Assembly: GCA_040954595.2 (NCBI GenBank)
Contig: CM082594.2
Location: 2,527,319-2,591,318, forward strand
Origin: Balanoglossus misakiensis
Lineage: Eukaryota; Animalia; Hemichordata
DNA: 64,000 nt
Reading direction: 5' to 3'
The position numbers were made by a program, and so were the translations under genes. Below, in pieces: positions 37,052-50,875 of this stretch. The notes under the pieces are model-generated. The model ran no database searches. It was not told where the DNA came from and saw only the letters and a list, made by a program, of their open reading frames with translations. Each line of letters starts with the position of its first letter. The first letter of the stretch is position 1.

Positions 37052-37582
37052 TCAACAGCTGGAAGACTGGCTGGTTGTGGGCATTGATTCAATAATGTCG
37101 TTGCATAGTATCATTCCGTACACGGTGATGTTGTCCGATAAGGCTTCAAAACACTCCTCCGGATCGTCAGCCCATCTGTACATCAGCAATTGTAAAAGTT
37201 CATCAACATCCATCAATCCAAAGGGGGAGCCATGTTCCATGTTGATGTCAGCAGTCGCAGCCATGGTCAAGAAACAATTCTCCACCATATGTAGGTTTAC
37301 CCTCTCTGCTGCTGTTCCAAAATGTCGGGTAATCACTTCCCTCTTTCCGGCAGGTGTGGCACCGTAATACAAGCATTCGTGCTCTCTCTGTGACAGATAG
37401 TCATGTTGGCATCCCTCACAATTCTCGCTGATGATCTTATCCACTTCCGTTGCAATACATTTAGCATAAATGTATTTAAGAAGCTTCCGGGCTACTTTTC
37501 TGTCCAAATCATTTGGGCAAGAGGGTGGCATATACTCTTGAATAAACGAAACAGGAACTGGGTGTGAGACGGTTTCAGTCAC
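37052..37582 (-). CDS. Polinton accessory protein with CxxC..H.C putative zinc site
   Basis: 176-aa ORF with CEGCQHDYLSQREHEC; overlaps the upstream stop by 8 nt. Confidence 0.7.
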   Translation of the reverse strand: MTETVSHPVPVSFIQEYMPPSCPNDLDRKVARKLLKYIYAKCIATEVDKIISENCEGCQHDYLSQREHECLYYGATPAGKREVITRHFGTAAERVNLHMVENCFLTMAATADINMEHGSPFGLMDVDELLQLLMYRWADDPEECFEALSDNITVYGMILCNDIIESMPTTSQSSSC

Positions 37583-38099
37583 AATTCAGTGTCTTGACAG
37601 CATCATCCACACATCTCAGCATACATTTCAACTGACTCCACTCGTCTAGTCTCAAATTAATGCCTTTCTTGGTTGGTATCAGCTTTCCAGTGGCGGACTG
37701 TCTAAAGTAGTCACGAATGCCGACGTATACATAACCCTTGTAAGCCTTGACACACACCATTCTGGCAGAGGTATCTGTTTCTCGCAGTGTGAAATGAAAC
37801 TCCCGCTCACCTGTTTGGACGTTGGCATCTCTGTTGTCTGGTTGGGAGTTGGTGGGTTGGCTCAGTGAGGCCTCTGTGTTTGGAGAATCAAAGAGGGTGG
37901 GCGTTGCTGGTGGTTCCTGGGTAGGCTCGGGTGGGCTGGGACTGCCAGGGGGAGTGACTCCACGTTCAGGGACATCTGGTGGGGTCCAGCGACTTTCACT
38001 CGTCTTCACATTAAAGTAATATGGCATGCTGGCCTTTACAGAATAGCATTTGCGCCATCCCTGGTTGCACAGTGTTGGTGAAACATCTGGAGTAGCCAT
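37575..38099 (-). CDS. WW domain - Pro/Ser/Thr linker - PC4/Sub1 ssDNA-binding domain fusion
   Basis: GWRKCYS..PYYFNVKTSESRWTPP (WW); VCVKAYKGYVYVGIRDYF..KLIPTKKGINLRLDEWSQLK (PC4). Confidence 0.88.
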   Translation of the reverse strand: MATPDVSPTLCNQGWRKCYSVKASMPYYFNVKTSESRWTPPDVPERGVTPPGSPSPPEPTQEPPATPTLFDSPNTEASLSQPTNSQPDNRDANVQTGEREFHFTLRETDTSARMVCVKAYKGYVYVGIRDYFRQSATGKLIPTKKGINLRLDEWSQLKCMLRCVDDAVKTLNCD

Positions 38100-38161
38100 A
38101 GCTGTATGTACACTGCTCGACAGTCAGAGCTCAAATGAGGCCCCTGAGTGGCCCCGATCTC

Positions 38162-38209
38162 TTTATAGTCACATCTCATTTGCATAATTTCAAATCACCC
38201 AATCAACTA

Positions 38210-38240
<31 letters not shown>

Positions 38241-38252
38241 CAGTCATCCAAT
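38162..38252 (-). promoter_or_regulatory. Promoter for the WW-PC4 unit: two CCAAT boxes, octamer, TATA
   Basis: TATAAA on the minus strand at 38162-38167, ATTTGCAT at 38178-38185, CCAAT at ~38199 and ~38248. Confidence 0.55.
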
Positions 38253-38266
38253 CAGAATGGCATTAT

Positions 38267-38790
38267 ATCACCTCCACTGCCTCCTCTGCCTCCTCCCAAC
38301 ATCATGCTTTGCAGAAAGTCCACCAATCAAAGCACGTTCCATATATACTTAGCCATATCTCAATTTTCCACCAACTTAGGGGACCATGTCTGCCTCCTCC
38401 TCCTCCTCAGCTCCTCCTCCTCCGCCTCCTCCTCCTCAGCTCCTCCTCCTCAGCTCCTCCTCCTCAGCTCCTCCTCCTCAGCTCCTCCTCCTCAGCTCCT
38501 CCTCCTCAGCTCCTCAGCTCCTCAGCTCCTCCTCCTCAGCTCCTCAGCTCCTCCTCCTCAGCTCCTCAGCTCCTCAGCTCCTCATCCTCAGCTCCTCAGC
38601 TCCTCCTCCTCAGCTCCTCAGCTCCTCCTCCTCAGCTCCTCAGCTCCTCCTCCTCAGCTCCTCAGCTCCTCAGCTCCTCAGCTCCTCATCCTCAGCTCCT
38701 CAGCTCCTCAGCTCCTCATCCTCAGCTCCTCAGCTCCTCAGCTCCTCATCCTCCCCAAATGAGAGTGCTACGGCTCCAACCTATACTACT
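38267..38790 (-). repeat. Polinton right TIR
   Basis: Inverted copy of 23326-23823. Confidence 0.93.
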
Positions 38791-39042
38791 GACGTCACAT
38801 ATTGCAACACAGTGATTTCATTCTGAGTTGTGTTTGTGCTTCCTTCTATAGATGTCTTGATGCCATAGAGACGGCCTACTGCGAGCTGCATAGTAATGAG
38901 TTTTGTCCTTCGCACCATACAAGCGTTCGGTGTCCAAGCGTGTAACACGGCATCCATAGTTATAGTGCTCCAGATTTATCGCACTTATGTGGCGTTTTTC
39001 ATAGTAAGTGTGTAAGGATTGTGGTGTGTGTCCACCCGTTCA

Positions 39043-39130
39043 TCACACCACATCACACCACACCACACCACACCACACCACACCACACCACACCACACCA
39101 CACCACACCACACCACACCACACCACACCA
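39043..39130. repeat. (CACAC)n pentanucleotide repeat
   Basis: Direct reading. Confidence 0.9.
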
Positions 39131-40344
39131 CACGGCAAACACAACACCACACACAAAACATCTTTAAAACATCTAGGGAACAGTAATCAATTCATTTTTC
39201 CCGGAAAGTAGTTCTGAGAGTTATTGTGAAATCAAGGATACCGACCAACGCCACACAATGAACATGGTGCGTTGAAAAACCCCTTAAAGTAATGCACAAT
39301 GAAACAGCATAGCAAAATCACCGGACATCTCAACTTGCCAAAATCTATCACAAAAGCTGTGCACTCTGCCGACACAAGTTAATGATAAATTGTGTTACGT
39401 AGGAGAAGTTTTTCTATTGTTTTCGTGGCCAGGTGCACCTTTGTTTATTTCTTTATTTAACATATTAGCGTGACCAGGTGTTAGTTTTTGGTCGTATAAA
39501 AACCACCCGTTATGAACGTCCGACAAGGGGCTTGTAACTAGTTAAAAATACGCACGATTGTGTGCACACCCCCTGTCCGAGTATGGTTACGGCAGCTACC
39601 GCCCGGCCATAGGCCGCCACGCTAATACGGCAAAGCAGCGGTCAGCGATAGCGTGCGCGTCCTGTAACCACAGTAACTGGATCGAACGCTAAAAATCCAA
39701 TGTTTTGTTCACAGAGATTTTGTACCGTTCACAAAAATCCCTAAGGCTTTTTTCATAGGCCACGTACGCCAGTCAAATTTGACTTGTTGACAGAGAACAC
39801 ACTGCATGGAAATACCATTTTCATATTTTATCGCCCCTTTCTTTAAGTTGTGGCTGTGGTGGTATATAATCGGTCTTTTCCTCGTTCCAGCATATATTAA
39901 AGGAACTCAATTTAATTGGTCCGGCCACAGGAGCAATTGGCTACTTTCTGGTAGGCCCTGCACCTTTCTTGCATCTGACACGGTAAGATATCGTCGATTG
40001 TTTATTGTCACTGGTTATTGTCTTTACATTGCAAGGCCCCCGAAGGCAGCATTAAACGTTCGTTTGAATCAGACGACTCAGTGCAGAATTCGTGAAACTT
40101 TACACTCTGACCTCCTGGAGACCTCTGACGTCATTCGGAAGTTTTCGCCCAAGCTGAGCACACATACAGTAGACTAGGCTAAGTTTAAAATGGCCACTTT
40201 GCGTGACGGTCTTCATTCTGTCATCAGCTCTTCTTGTCTTATTTTTAAAAGGTCATAGTTCACCGGTATGCACAAGGAGAAGAAATATACTGTATTTTAT
40301 TTGATACCAGTAAGATGTCCTACTAAAAACACCTGCACAGGTTA

Positions 40345-40935
40345 GGGAGCATTCGTTTTTTACAGGGAGGGGGGGGCGGTGGAAATCAGGGGGGGGGGGT
40401 TTACTTTTACAAAGCAGTTTTTAGGGGGGGACAAATTTTATAATCAAGGGATTATTATATAGGGACTGAAAGGGGGACTTGAAAACTTTGACGGCTAAAT
40501 ATTTATTTTGAGTCCACAAAAATGCAGTTTCGCGTCCTTTATTTTACAAAATTTTCTAATGTGGGAGGGGGACACCCCCTCCCACACCCACCCCCTCCAT
40601 TCATCAACACCTTTCAATCATTGACTGGTTTATCTAGTGTCCCAGGTCAGGGGACTTGCCCCCACCCCATGATAAACTTTGAGCGGCGACGTTAATTTGC
40701 TTTTGCTGGGTTCATTAAAATGCAGCTTTGAGCTCTGTATTTTATAAAATTTTCTTACGTGGGAGGGGGAACATATGTCGAACATACACCAATATCTGAC
40801 AAAGTTTGATAAACTTTTTTTTTTGGGGGGGGGTCACATTTTAGAAAAGTAATTTCCAGGGGGGGTTGCCTTTTACATTTAGTCGGCGACTCAAATTCCA
40901 CCGCCCCCCCCTCCCTGTAAAAAACGAATGCTCCC
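40345..40935. mobile_element. PIF/Harbinger-type MITE
   Basis: TIR gggagcattcgttttttacagggagggg..gcggtggaa at both ends; TTA on both sides. Confidence 0.85.
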
Positions 40936-41384
40936 TTATATTACTTCGCTACGGTCTCAAAGACGTCGGATCACGTGTGACGTGCATGCATTTCTTGCAA
41001 ATAAGAACATTTAAATATGGTATTTGACGACAAACCCAATTTATTTATACAAAAGGAACAAACATTTAAACATAATATGTAAGACGGTTAATAGTAGTAA
41101 TTTTATTACTTCAATAAAGGGTTGATGTCGACTCAAAGCACAGATAGTTTGATTTACAACACAAGGAAATGGTTTAGGTCGCTATGTCCACTTTTAAACC
41201 GACTACATCTCGTTGACATCTAGTGGTGGTTTGATAATCTTCACGTTTTCATTTTGAACAAACAGTCATAAATGTAGAGTGTACCATTGACACTTGTCCA
41301 AACAACAACAAAACAACACACAAAGTATAAAACAATACAATATCAGCGAACAATGTGCATCACCAGTCACATATACTTTCGGGC

Positions 41385-44300
41385 TCACGAAGTAGTTTGG
41401 GCTTGATCTTGTACACCACGAAATGCCTTCTTGTCTTTGTTTGGCATCAAGACCTTCTCCAAACTGATCATCGGGATCTCTATTGCCATGGTGACCAGAA
41501 AAGCAGCGGCGTAAGTTATTACCGTAATTCCTATGAATACCAGGGTCTGATTGACGAGAAAGCGAGAAAGTAGTTAAAAAAGTAGTTCAACGGTTATATC
41601 ATGCATGCCTATATCGCCTGACACATGAGAACTCTACACTAGTCTTTTATGTTGGATATGCATGTTCTATGTTAGAACATAGACATGTGTATGGTTAGAA
41701 CCAATGTGAAACCAGTGTGAATATCTCATGCGGTCGAGATGAACGAGTTCCATATGCTAATTACACAAAGAGAGAACTCTTGGACAAAAGTTATGAAATA
41801 CATGTAAAATACCATATCTATTTAAACTCTTACGGCAGTGAGTTGTCGACCTTTATTCAAAATACAATTATTATAGTGATATTCCACCCCTGGCACGGAG
41901 TAACAACATATTTAAGTGATATAGCGAGAACTGCATATGATGATTACAAGGATCTGAATTAGCAACTGGAAATAACCTGAAGACATTGTTGACATGCGCT
42001 TGGATGGGTGGCAATGTTTGCAGTATACTTACCAGATCGAACACTGTAAAATACCATAGATGTTTCAGACCCCACGTGTACATCAGTATGACGGTCAAGT
42101 GGAGGAGATATGCACAGTAGTTCATACGAGCAAGAGGCAACCAGCCGCCCCAGGACAAGAAAGCGTTAACTGGACCTGTGATTGGGAGAGAGTGACATGA
42201 ATGAAATTCTTTGGCACCAGCATGCTGCTAACAGGTATTCGACAGACATGCAAAGGCACATATCCGCACATAAGTATTCATTATTGGCCATAAAAACTCG
42301 ACATCAAATTAAACTTTACGACACTTATTTTCGCGCAGCTGGATTTTTGTCGACAAGACACAGGGAAGCTTCTAATGCAAACTCGTGCTATGTGTCAGAT
42401 ACAAGCGCAGACGACTTGGTAGCCATTTTGTGCCCTACCTCCATTTCCGGTGGCGCATGCAAATATCACCCAGCCAATGCAGGCGGACAATAGAAATCGG
42501 TGGATTGACATGTACAGAATGGCTACACCTTGTGGCCTAGGGTCTTCACCATACTTCATGTACTGTCCATATACAACAAGCACGGCTACCACAGTGGAAC
42601 AAAACCACAGAAAGGCGTTGAGAATCTGAAAATAAAGCAATCAAAAACCGACTCAAGTTTGAAATTCAAAATGACCGTCAATCTCTATGTTAACACTGAA
42701 AATAAGACGGTCAACACACAGTTTTCTTCGCACATTTTAATACATCCTATAGGCGAATAGAACTCAGTTTATGTTCTCAGCATATCCAAACAGTAGCATG
42801 TTCTAAAAGCGTGAATAATGGGTCCTCAAACTGATGTGGTCCATACGTTTGCAAACACAGGCAAAGTGTAAAACACTACAGAACATGTAACGGCACACTT
42901 GGCCAATTATTGAATTGAAATTAGACACATACCAAATTACATGTACAGCGGAATTGTTATTGTAATAAGCCTAACAAATGTCTGACTCTGATCTGACACA
43001 AGCTTACCTTGTTGATTCTAACGTTCTTTCCTTTGAGTCTAAATAACACATACCCGAGGCAGATCCCGATCAGATACTGAGATATCCTGTAATATGGCTT
43101 GGTATAGAGCCAGGCACCTTCAGCTATCGTGGGTTCTCCATACGGACTGTTAAGAAAAATAAGACTTGTGTGCCTATAGGGATCTTGCACTTGGGTAAAC
43201 CAAACCAGCTCCTTGGTTGTTAAAATAAGCCAAATATTTAATTGCAGGCTAGAGTTAAAACGCTCTTATAAATGAAAGTGGCTATGTATATAATATGTGG
43301 TAATGTATTTACGTACGTTCCATTTTAGGAGAAACCAAAATACTGGCTTTGGAATTTTAAATTATCCCTGCAAATTATACACATTTTCTCCAAAGTAATA
43401 CATCTTCAAAATGAAATCGGCAAAGTTACACCTGCTTCAAGAGGCAAAGTTCTGCTATATTGTTTTACATTTCATCTGATGAGAGAATGCGCGGCAATAG
43501 AGGCATCCTTTGATGCTGTGTGTGCCATGCAAAAAACTTGTACGCCACAATCAAATTATCAGTCTCTGCTGATCAGTGAAACTCCGAGGTAAATTGACCA
43601 GCGCTGTATCATTTCACTCCCATACAATCTCAAGTGTAAAGCTGTACCTGAATATCAGATTGCGTTTGATATACATGCCGCTTTTCTCCAGAGCTTATTC
43701 TTTACTATCAATCACATGATCTGGCCATGTGACCCACAGCGTTGTCATTTCCAGGTGACGGGCAAGCAATATTTCAGCATCCAGTAAAAGTTTTTCCGAG
43801 TACGATTTTACTTTAAAATCGCCAGACACGCAACATGTATCAGGTATAATGCCTTATCAGCCCCATGGAGTTTCTTTTGCACAGTCTTTGTCTGCACCAC
43901 GTTGTTGAAGTTGCCCATCATCATCTGGAAATTTGAATGCGAACGTAACTGCCGCCTGATCGCGTCTGACGTCATTTGATATCGAAGAATACCTACCTAG
44001 GATCAAATGCCAAAGCTCTTCCCAAACCAAAGATTAGTCCAGCTGAGATGGCAAAAGAACAGACGGCGGTTATCACGCTGACAGTCAATCCAACAACCCA
44101 TTTCCTACAGTAGAAAGGCAGAACGATAAACTGTGAACGAGATATCAAAATTAGAATGCATAAAATCTTGTCTATCGGAATTCTTAACGAAAATATTAAC
44201 CCATAAAACATAATTAATCGATGAATGAATGAATGAATGAATGAATGAATGAATGAATGAATGAATGAATGAATGAATGAATGAATGGATGAATGAACGA

Positions 44301-45479
44301 ACGAACGAACGAATGGATGAATGGATGAATGAATGAATGAATGAATGAATGAATGAATGAATGAATGAATGAATGAATGATATCAAATGCCTACCAGTAA
44401 AAAAGGGAGATGAAAACTGGACTAAGCATGTACAGCTGCATATCCACTGACAAATACCAAGACCAGCCCATGCACTACAAAATGAAATAATAATATTGAC
44501 ATAATATTTTAATCATCAGTATAGAAAGGGAGCTCTTTTAATCAGATGATTAGAGCAATGCTCAAATTATAGCCACATATAAATTGGCACTGGGACCAGC
44601 ACTTACATACAGTTTACATTGTGGGTATCGATCATATATTCATCGAAAGGACGTGTACCTACCTCACTGGTGGACCCAGGGAATGGATATAAGTTGTTGA
44701 TGTACAACAAGTTTGCCCACCATTTAGTATGACAGACTATCTGAGAACCGTACCAATATGGCCACCAGATGCCATCGCCCATGTGAACGACGAGGGTGCT
44801 GTACATCATCAGGATGAAAGCATAGGCCGGCGTCAGCCTCCAGTAACGGTGGAGGAAAAACTGCAGGCACCATCTTGGATTTCGCGGTTTGCCGAACTTT
44901 TCAACGTTCTTCAGAGTGAGGTACGTGACCAGCAGACCACTGAAAGAGAAACGACACGCCAAGTTGTAATGTTTACCTTCAAATTTAAGTTATCTCAAGA
45001 TACTGTACTCTTTGAAGAGAGGAATGCACTTGCTTGGTAGCCCACTTGCAAAAAGAACGTATGAGCATGTTTGAATGAGTAATACTTCTTGCAGTGCACA
45101 CCAGAAAATCACGATTGCTCATGCATATACAACACCCTTGCCATCTGAACAGTACACGCATGCGTTAGTACAATCACAAGTAACGTTACAGGTCTCCACG
45201 GCTGGTGTTTGCTTCGCCAGTTTCACCAACCGTCAGTCACGCAATCTTGCTGAAATCCACCAGTACACTGATGTGATACGTTGGTTTCTATGTACTCACC
45301 CAAGTACGAAGAAAGCTTCCACTCCCAACTCTCCAAATACAAGAATCGCAGACAATGAATTGGGCCTCACAACCTCGTACATATAGCGAGGGTTTTCTAA
45401 AATGACAAGAAAATAATCGCAATTTATGTCAAACGGCTTCGATTGTTGTGTTTGTCGTCGTCGTCGATGTTGATGATGC

Positions 45480-45525
<46 letters not shown>

Positions 45526-48500
45526 GCACATTTGATCAATCCAGGCATTGTTACACTATGTCAAGTCGGTATAAGTAGTCTTTGTAATTGATGACAGCTT
45601 TACAAGTTTGCCGTTTTGGAATTGAACACTTTGACCGTTGTCGTGGTCATAGTTTGCTCTGTTTTGCATATGACGTTTGCCAGGTCCTTAAACACACAAT
45701 CTGGCAGATACAAATATTCGCAAATGTACCCAGAGGGAGAGGCTATAAGTAATGGTAGCTACTAAAACAGTTTTGAACGACATTTCAATCATTATGGACA
45801 AGCGCAGCTTTGTTGTACACCTTGACCTCCGGTTCACCTGCCTCCAATGTCTAAATAAAGAGAAAGAATGCATTACTCACCAATATAACTAAACCCTGAC
45901 GCAAGGATTAGCCAGGTGTGGAAGAGAATGATCCAAAACATACTCAGAACACGGATTCCATTTAAACAACCGATACCCCCTTTGCTCGGAGTGGTGTTCA
46001 AGATTTTCCCGCCAGAATCAATGACCGAGAAGGCGAGAAGTACACCAGATAGTTTGCCTGTGGGGAAGAACACACATTATATTGACAAAATACTAGTACA
46101 TGTACACATACATTTTGTACACCCGTTTCATACATCCGCCTCTGAACCAAGCTATATATTAACAGGACTATGAGGGATGTTTTGGCTACGAAATGAAATT
46201 ATTAAAACAATCTCACTTACTTTTGCTTTTATTTTTGTTTTTATTTGCAGTAGGTGGTTGTGGAGTTGGTTCTTCAACCAATATCTCTGACGATATCGTG
46301 CGTTCGTTTCCTTCAATTCCTTCAGAGGAAGTGACGTCACTACTCGGATTTTGGACATCCAGGTTCATGTCATTGGAGGAGGTCACCTTTCCTTCTTTTT
46401 GCTTTCTTCGACGTACCAAATCGTAGACTGTAGATACCACTATCAGTATCAACAATATTAAGCATATTAAACTGGAAGAAAAAAACACACCAAAACGTGA
46501 TGACGATTTATACCAATAATTGTCAGTTTCTATTTTGAGCAACTCACGTTTGATCAAATCCTCTTATTTTGGTCAAAATCAACTAACCAGACTGAATGAA
46601 ATTCGATTGACTGACTCTCAAGTTTAGCTGATTCGCTATTTTTATCCTTAATTTTAGGAGAGAATATCACCTAAAGTTCTAGTGTCTTCAGCACTCTGCC
46701 TAAAAAGTGAAAATTTCCAAGGCGCATACCATGTTAAAAAATGTACCACTATAGTCTTGAGGTAAGAGTTTTGGTGACTATAGGCAGACGTAACCTTTTG
46801 ACTGTAAGGGTCACCTTCTGCGCATGATCCTATTACAAAGGGGAATAGCACTTCTTACCTTGCCACAGCGTCACCAGGAGTAAGAGGATAATCGTCTGGC
46901 GAACACGTGGTGGTTGTATAAGCCCAAAATGGCAGCTCCCCAAATGGATATCCCTCCCTGAATCCTGTAATTTGATAATGGGTTAGATTAAGAATCATCC
47001 ACAATTTCATAAGTCAAAGCAAGCTTGCATGAGTATCACAATGCGTTTAACCCACTAATTAGCATTTACCTGTCATTACTATAACACCTGCGTGAAAGCA
47101 TTGTCTACATCATGAATGTAGGTTGTAATGTGTTTGGGTGTGCTAGTACTGCTTGCATGTTCATGTCCCTAACTGCAAAATTAAAGAAAACATGCGATAT
47201 ACTGTCACATCTGTGTTTGGTCTTTTTCTTGACCAAGTTTCGTTGAATTTTGCAGTCAGTCTATAGTCGTTCAAATCCCAGTCTACCATCATGGTTATAT
47301 GCCAGTCTACAGAATAGTGACTTACCCACTAAAACAAGTATCTGTATATCGACGTCTGTACAGGAGTTTGGGAAGCACACTCCCATGGTTAAAGAGTATG
47401 TCTATGTTAACACGAACAAACAGAAAATGTCCCATGTTAATGCGCATATACTCGATTTTTTAAAATAATTCTTCTATAATGTGAGCGCCATGATAGAAAA
47501 CGATTTCTGTCGATTTTATGTAGTATTCAGCTGATGGACGTTTCAAAAACTACGTACAGTCATGGGGCAAATGCACGCCTTGGTGCGAAATTCGTTTTCG
47601 TTAATCTTGTTGGCGACAACCAAGTACACTGCATACTAACCGGATCGACAGCTGTATCTGTGAGGCAGTACTTGGACGAAAACGACCGCCTCGACTGGCG
47701 CGGATAAGTAGTCTTGCACATGGTGAAATCCCCGACATCCTTCACGTTCCACGTGACCTCAGAATCTTCTCGATATGAACCGCTGGAGAAGTACACTGCG
47801 ACAAATACAAAGGTTAAGCGTTCGTGTAACATCAAATTGTTATTTCACGATGGCCAAAGGTTATAGTTTATGCCTCTGCCGTCTTCACGATCTCCATTAT
47901 TCAAAAATAATGATGAATTTGATCATTGTTCAACGATACGTCGAAAAATTGTGAATTTACCAAAACGTTCGTGTGAGCCATTCGTTCTTTGTTAAGTCAT
48001 GATTTGTTTATTCGTCTGGCATCAAATTGATTGCTCATTGTTAGGTTTGTTTGTTTTAGGACGAATTCCCGTAAACTCGACAAAGTACGTGCGAACTTTC
48101 TTCATTTTGGAGGGGATCTAAATATAATATAATATAATATAATATAAGATTAAACTTTAGTGATGACGGATGCTAGAAATAACATTCTGTCTTGATAAAT
48201 ACCTCAATGCATATAATACATGCAGGTCAACCTTATACTTTTCAGGCCGAATGGTGCGCATATGAACTCTCGCGCAGAGAAAACGACACTTGACGTGCGG
48301 ACAAAAATCGTGTCGCCGTCCTGATTGATGACCTCGCATTGTCGACGTAGGCAAACACACACGCCTCGAAGTCTTGAATCAGGTCGTGTGGGGTCATGTT
48401 TGCTGCATTAAGACCGTTAACGTAGCCCGGGTTTCTTTCTTTTGGTGCTAGGAGTTGGACGGCAAATGCCTCCATGACATAGTCAGCTCAGACAAAGCCA

Positions 48501-49436
48501 CAGTCCCTCAAGTGAATTTCGCCCTGATTTGGGATCTGCGCGCGATATCGGCACCTGCTGTTTACAGTACCAGCATCATTCTTTCTGTGTCGTGGGCGGG
48601 CATAGGGCCCGGGGTTAGGCCTATACCCATGCAGCTATACAGTTATGTGCCTTATGACCGCACCAATATATATAGAACTCGCCTTGAAGTGGGTATGATT
48701 TGGGCTTCGGACAAAGTGGGTCATGGTCGGCCCTGCTTTTCTTTATAAAGCGTGAAGTCGTACACGACAGTGACAATGATAATTGATAAGTAGGCCATTG
48801 GTTTGGAAGTGGTTAGTTTTTTTTTCAGTCCCAGGAGGGGCTGCACAACTCTACCTCAAACATTTTTGATTTACTCTCCCAGGATACAGAAACATACCGC
48901 AGCCAGCGGGCGCAATAAGATCGGTCGAGTTCACATTCTGCACACCTGACGACAGACGGCTTGATCCAACCTTTACACTTTCAGCTTTGTTCATATATAC
49001 AATTTGTTGTGTGTCTTGCTTAATACAGTGGTATATATTTGACAGGAGCGCATACAAATTACTTTTACCATACAGTCACTATACGCGGCCACTGTACTTA
49101 CGTACACAATAATATTTTAGCGAGTCACTGAATCTGTACGCCGGCTCAATTGTCAACGCACAGGCGAATACAATACATGTATATAACATGAAAACACTTA
49201 CTTCTACTGGCGTACGTTTCCGATGCAAAGAAATCCTCCATATACTGCGCGGTGTCCCAGTAACATTTCGCGCTTACTTTTTCCAGACTATCGGTTGCAT
49301 TTGTGACATTTGGCTGGAGAGTTCGCTCTAACACGGCAAAGGTTCCTTCAAGGACATTCTGTGTGTTCACGGTAATGGGTTGTAACGCCAACGTGAAGGC
49401 AACGACAGCGTATATCAGTCCGTTGATATTCGCCAT
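41385..49436 (-). CDS. NRF-6 / O-acyltransferase-like (acyltransferase-3) multi-pass membrane protein, multi-exon
   Basis: Exon 1 signal peptide plus VSAKCYWD; CLNGIRVLSMFWIILFH; VEAFFVL|SGLLV; HRYWRLTPAY; WWANLLYINN; CMGWSWYLSVDMQL; YTKPYYRI; FLSWGGWLPLARMNYCAYLLH; last exon EIPMISLEK, stop at 41385-41387. Confidence 0.9.
44221..44380. repeat. (GAAT)n microsatellite
   Basis: Direct reading. Confidence 0.95.
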
Positions 49437-50875
49437 TTTGACTATAGCTTGGACCGGACTAGATGCACTGCCATCGACTGGTCACTCTGCCACAAAGTAC
49501 AGGCCACCCCGGCGTAAATACTGTCCTTTTCAGTGATTCACGGTCATAAGCTTGCCACCATTCCTTTCACAACAGTACAACCATTAGCATGCCTTTTAAG
49601 GGTAGTACTACGTGCCCCTGAATAGACCTGTCGAGGGCGTCTTATCAAGTATGCTATACTGTGTGTATTCTTTTTCGTATAAATATCATCGATGTTCATA
49701 CATATATACATATTGAGATTAAATTGCTTTGTGTGTGGTTTGCATGTAAATCCTAACAGAAAGGTAGACTGCTCTAACTGACACTGTCCCCTGAATCAAA
49801 GTGGATTCACCCAAGTAGACGTAACAACGGTAACGAGGTCAGGTAATAACAAAGAGAACACGTGATAAGCCAACATCATGTGAATAACCTTATACTAGGG
49901 CACACTGTCACCTATGCAAATCTGACCACTGTTACCATGCAAGATCTATACAAAGCCAATCACAAATTTTCACTGGGTGGCACACGCGAACAAAATTGCG
50001 CCACCACAATGATGTGTCGAAGGCTTGACCATACAACTGTATGTAAATTAGAGGTGACCACACTGTCGGCAGAGCGGATTGTAACCAAGGCAACGCATGA
50101 AGGACTGCAGCAGTCAATACGTTTAACTATTGTTCCGAATAGGATGAAAGTATTTAAAAAGTTTCTATTAGCTTTTTGGAAAGTGGAAGGGCCTAACCAT
50201 AGGTCAGAATGCACAATTTTGAAGCCCTACAAAATCAGGTACACGAGCTGACATCCTCGTACTTCTGTTATTATGAATCAATTTGTCGAAAACTTCCACA
50301 AAAACACGATAATTGCAGTTATGATCAATTAATTGTGTACTCAGAATTACCAATTTGTTGACAGTTTATTAACATAAAATCAAAGAGAAACAATTAAAAA
50401 AACCGACAATGTCGCAAATAATGATACACTGACATAACCACGAGTCAGAATCTGTCACAGTGGTGAAATTCTTAATTTGCCAAATATTCTTGTCTGGTAT
50501 CCAATTAAAATTGTTCTATCTTTTATGATATCTAAATTAAGCATAAGATTTAGATTTCAGGATGAGAAGAGAAGTATACATTATACATACTGGACCACTA
50601 TGAGTAACATGTAATGGAAATGCTATAGGAGCGTATGATCTAACCAGATATGTTGTCAAAGTTATAAGTCGACATGTAGATTGAAATTCAACAATATTAA
50701 AATGAAGTAATTATGAATTATATCCTATAAATATAATTTATATTGATAGCTCGGTACATTAAATATTAAATTAAAATTATTAAATTATATGTTTCCGTGA
50801 TCATTTTATTCTCGTTTGAATAAATAATGATATTCAATCCTGTCGGACTTGTCAAGTTTATTTGTTGTTCAAGTT

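Larger units (their letters stand above)
23326..38790 (+). mobile_element. Full-length Polinton/Maverick (adintovirus-like endogenous virus), 15,465 bp
   Basis: Termini AGTAGT..ACTACT, 6-bp TSD GACGTC (23320-23325 and 38791-38796), long TIRs, and pPolB, ATPase, integrase, penton, major capsid and adenain genes. Confidence 0.97.

Noticed and set aside
34075-38099. Idea that the element's WW domain binds its own penton PPxY
   Set aside because: The WW lacks the His of PPxY-binding class I domains and looks more like the phospho-Ser-Pro class; kept as two separate findings.
48157-48748. Short ORFs in acyltransferase intron 1, possibly a transposon relic
   Set aside because: No recognisable domain, termini or TSD.
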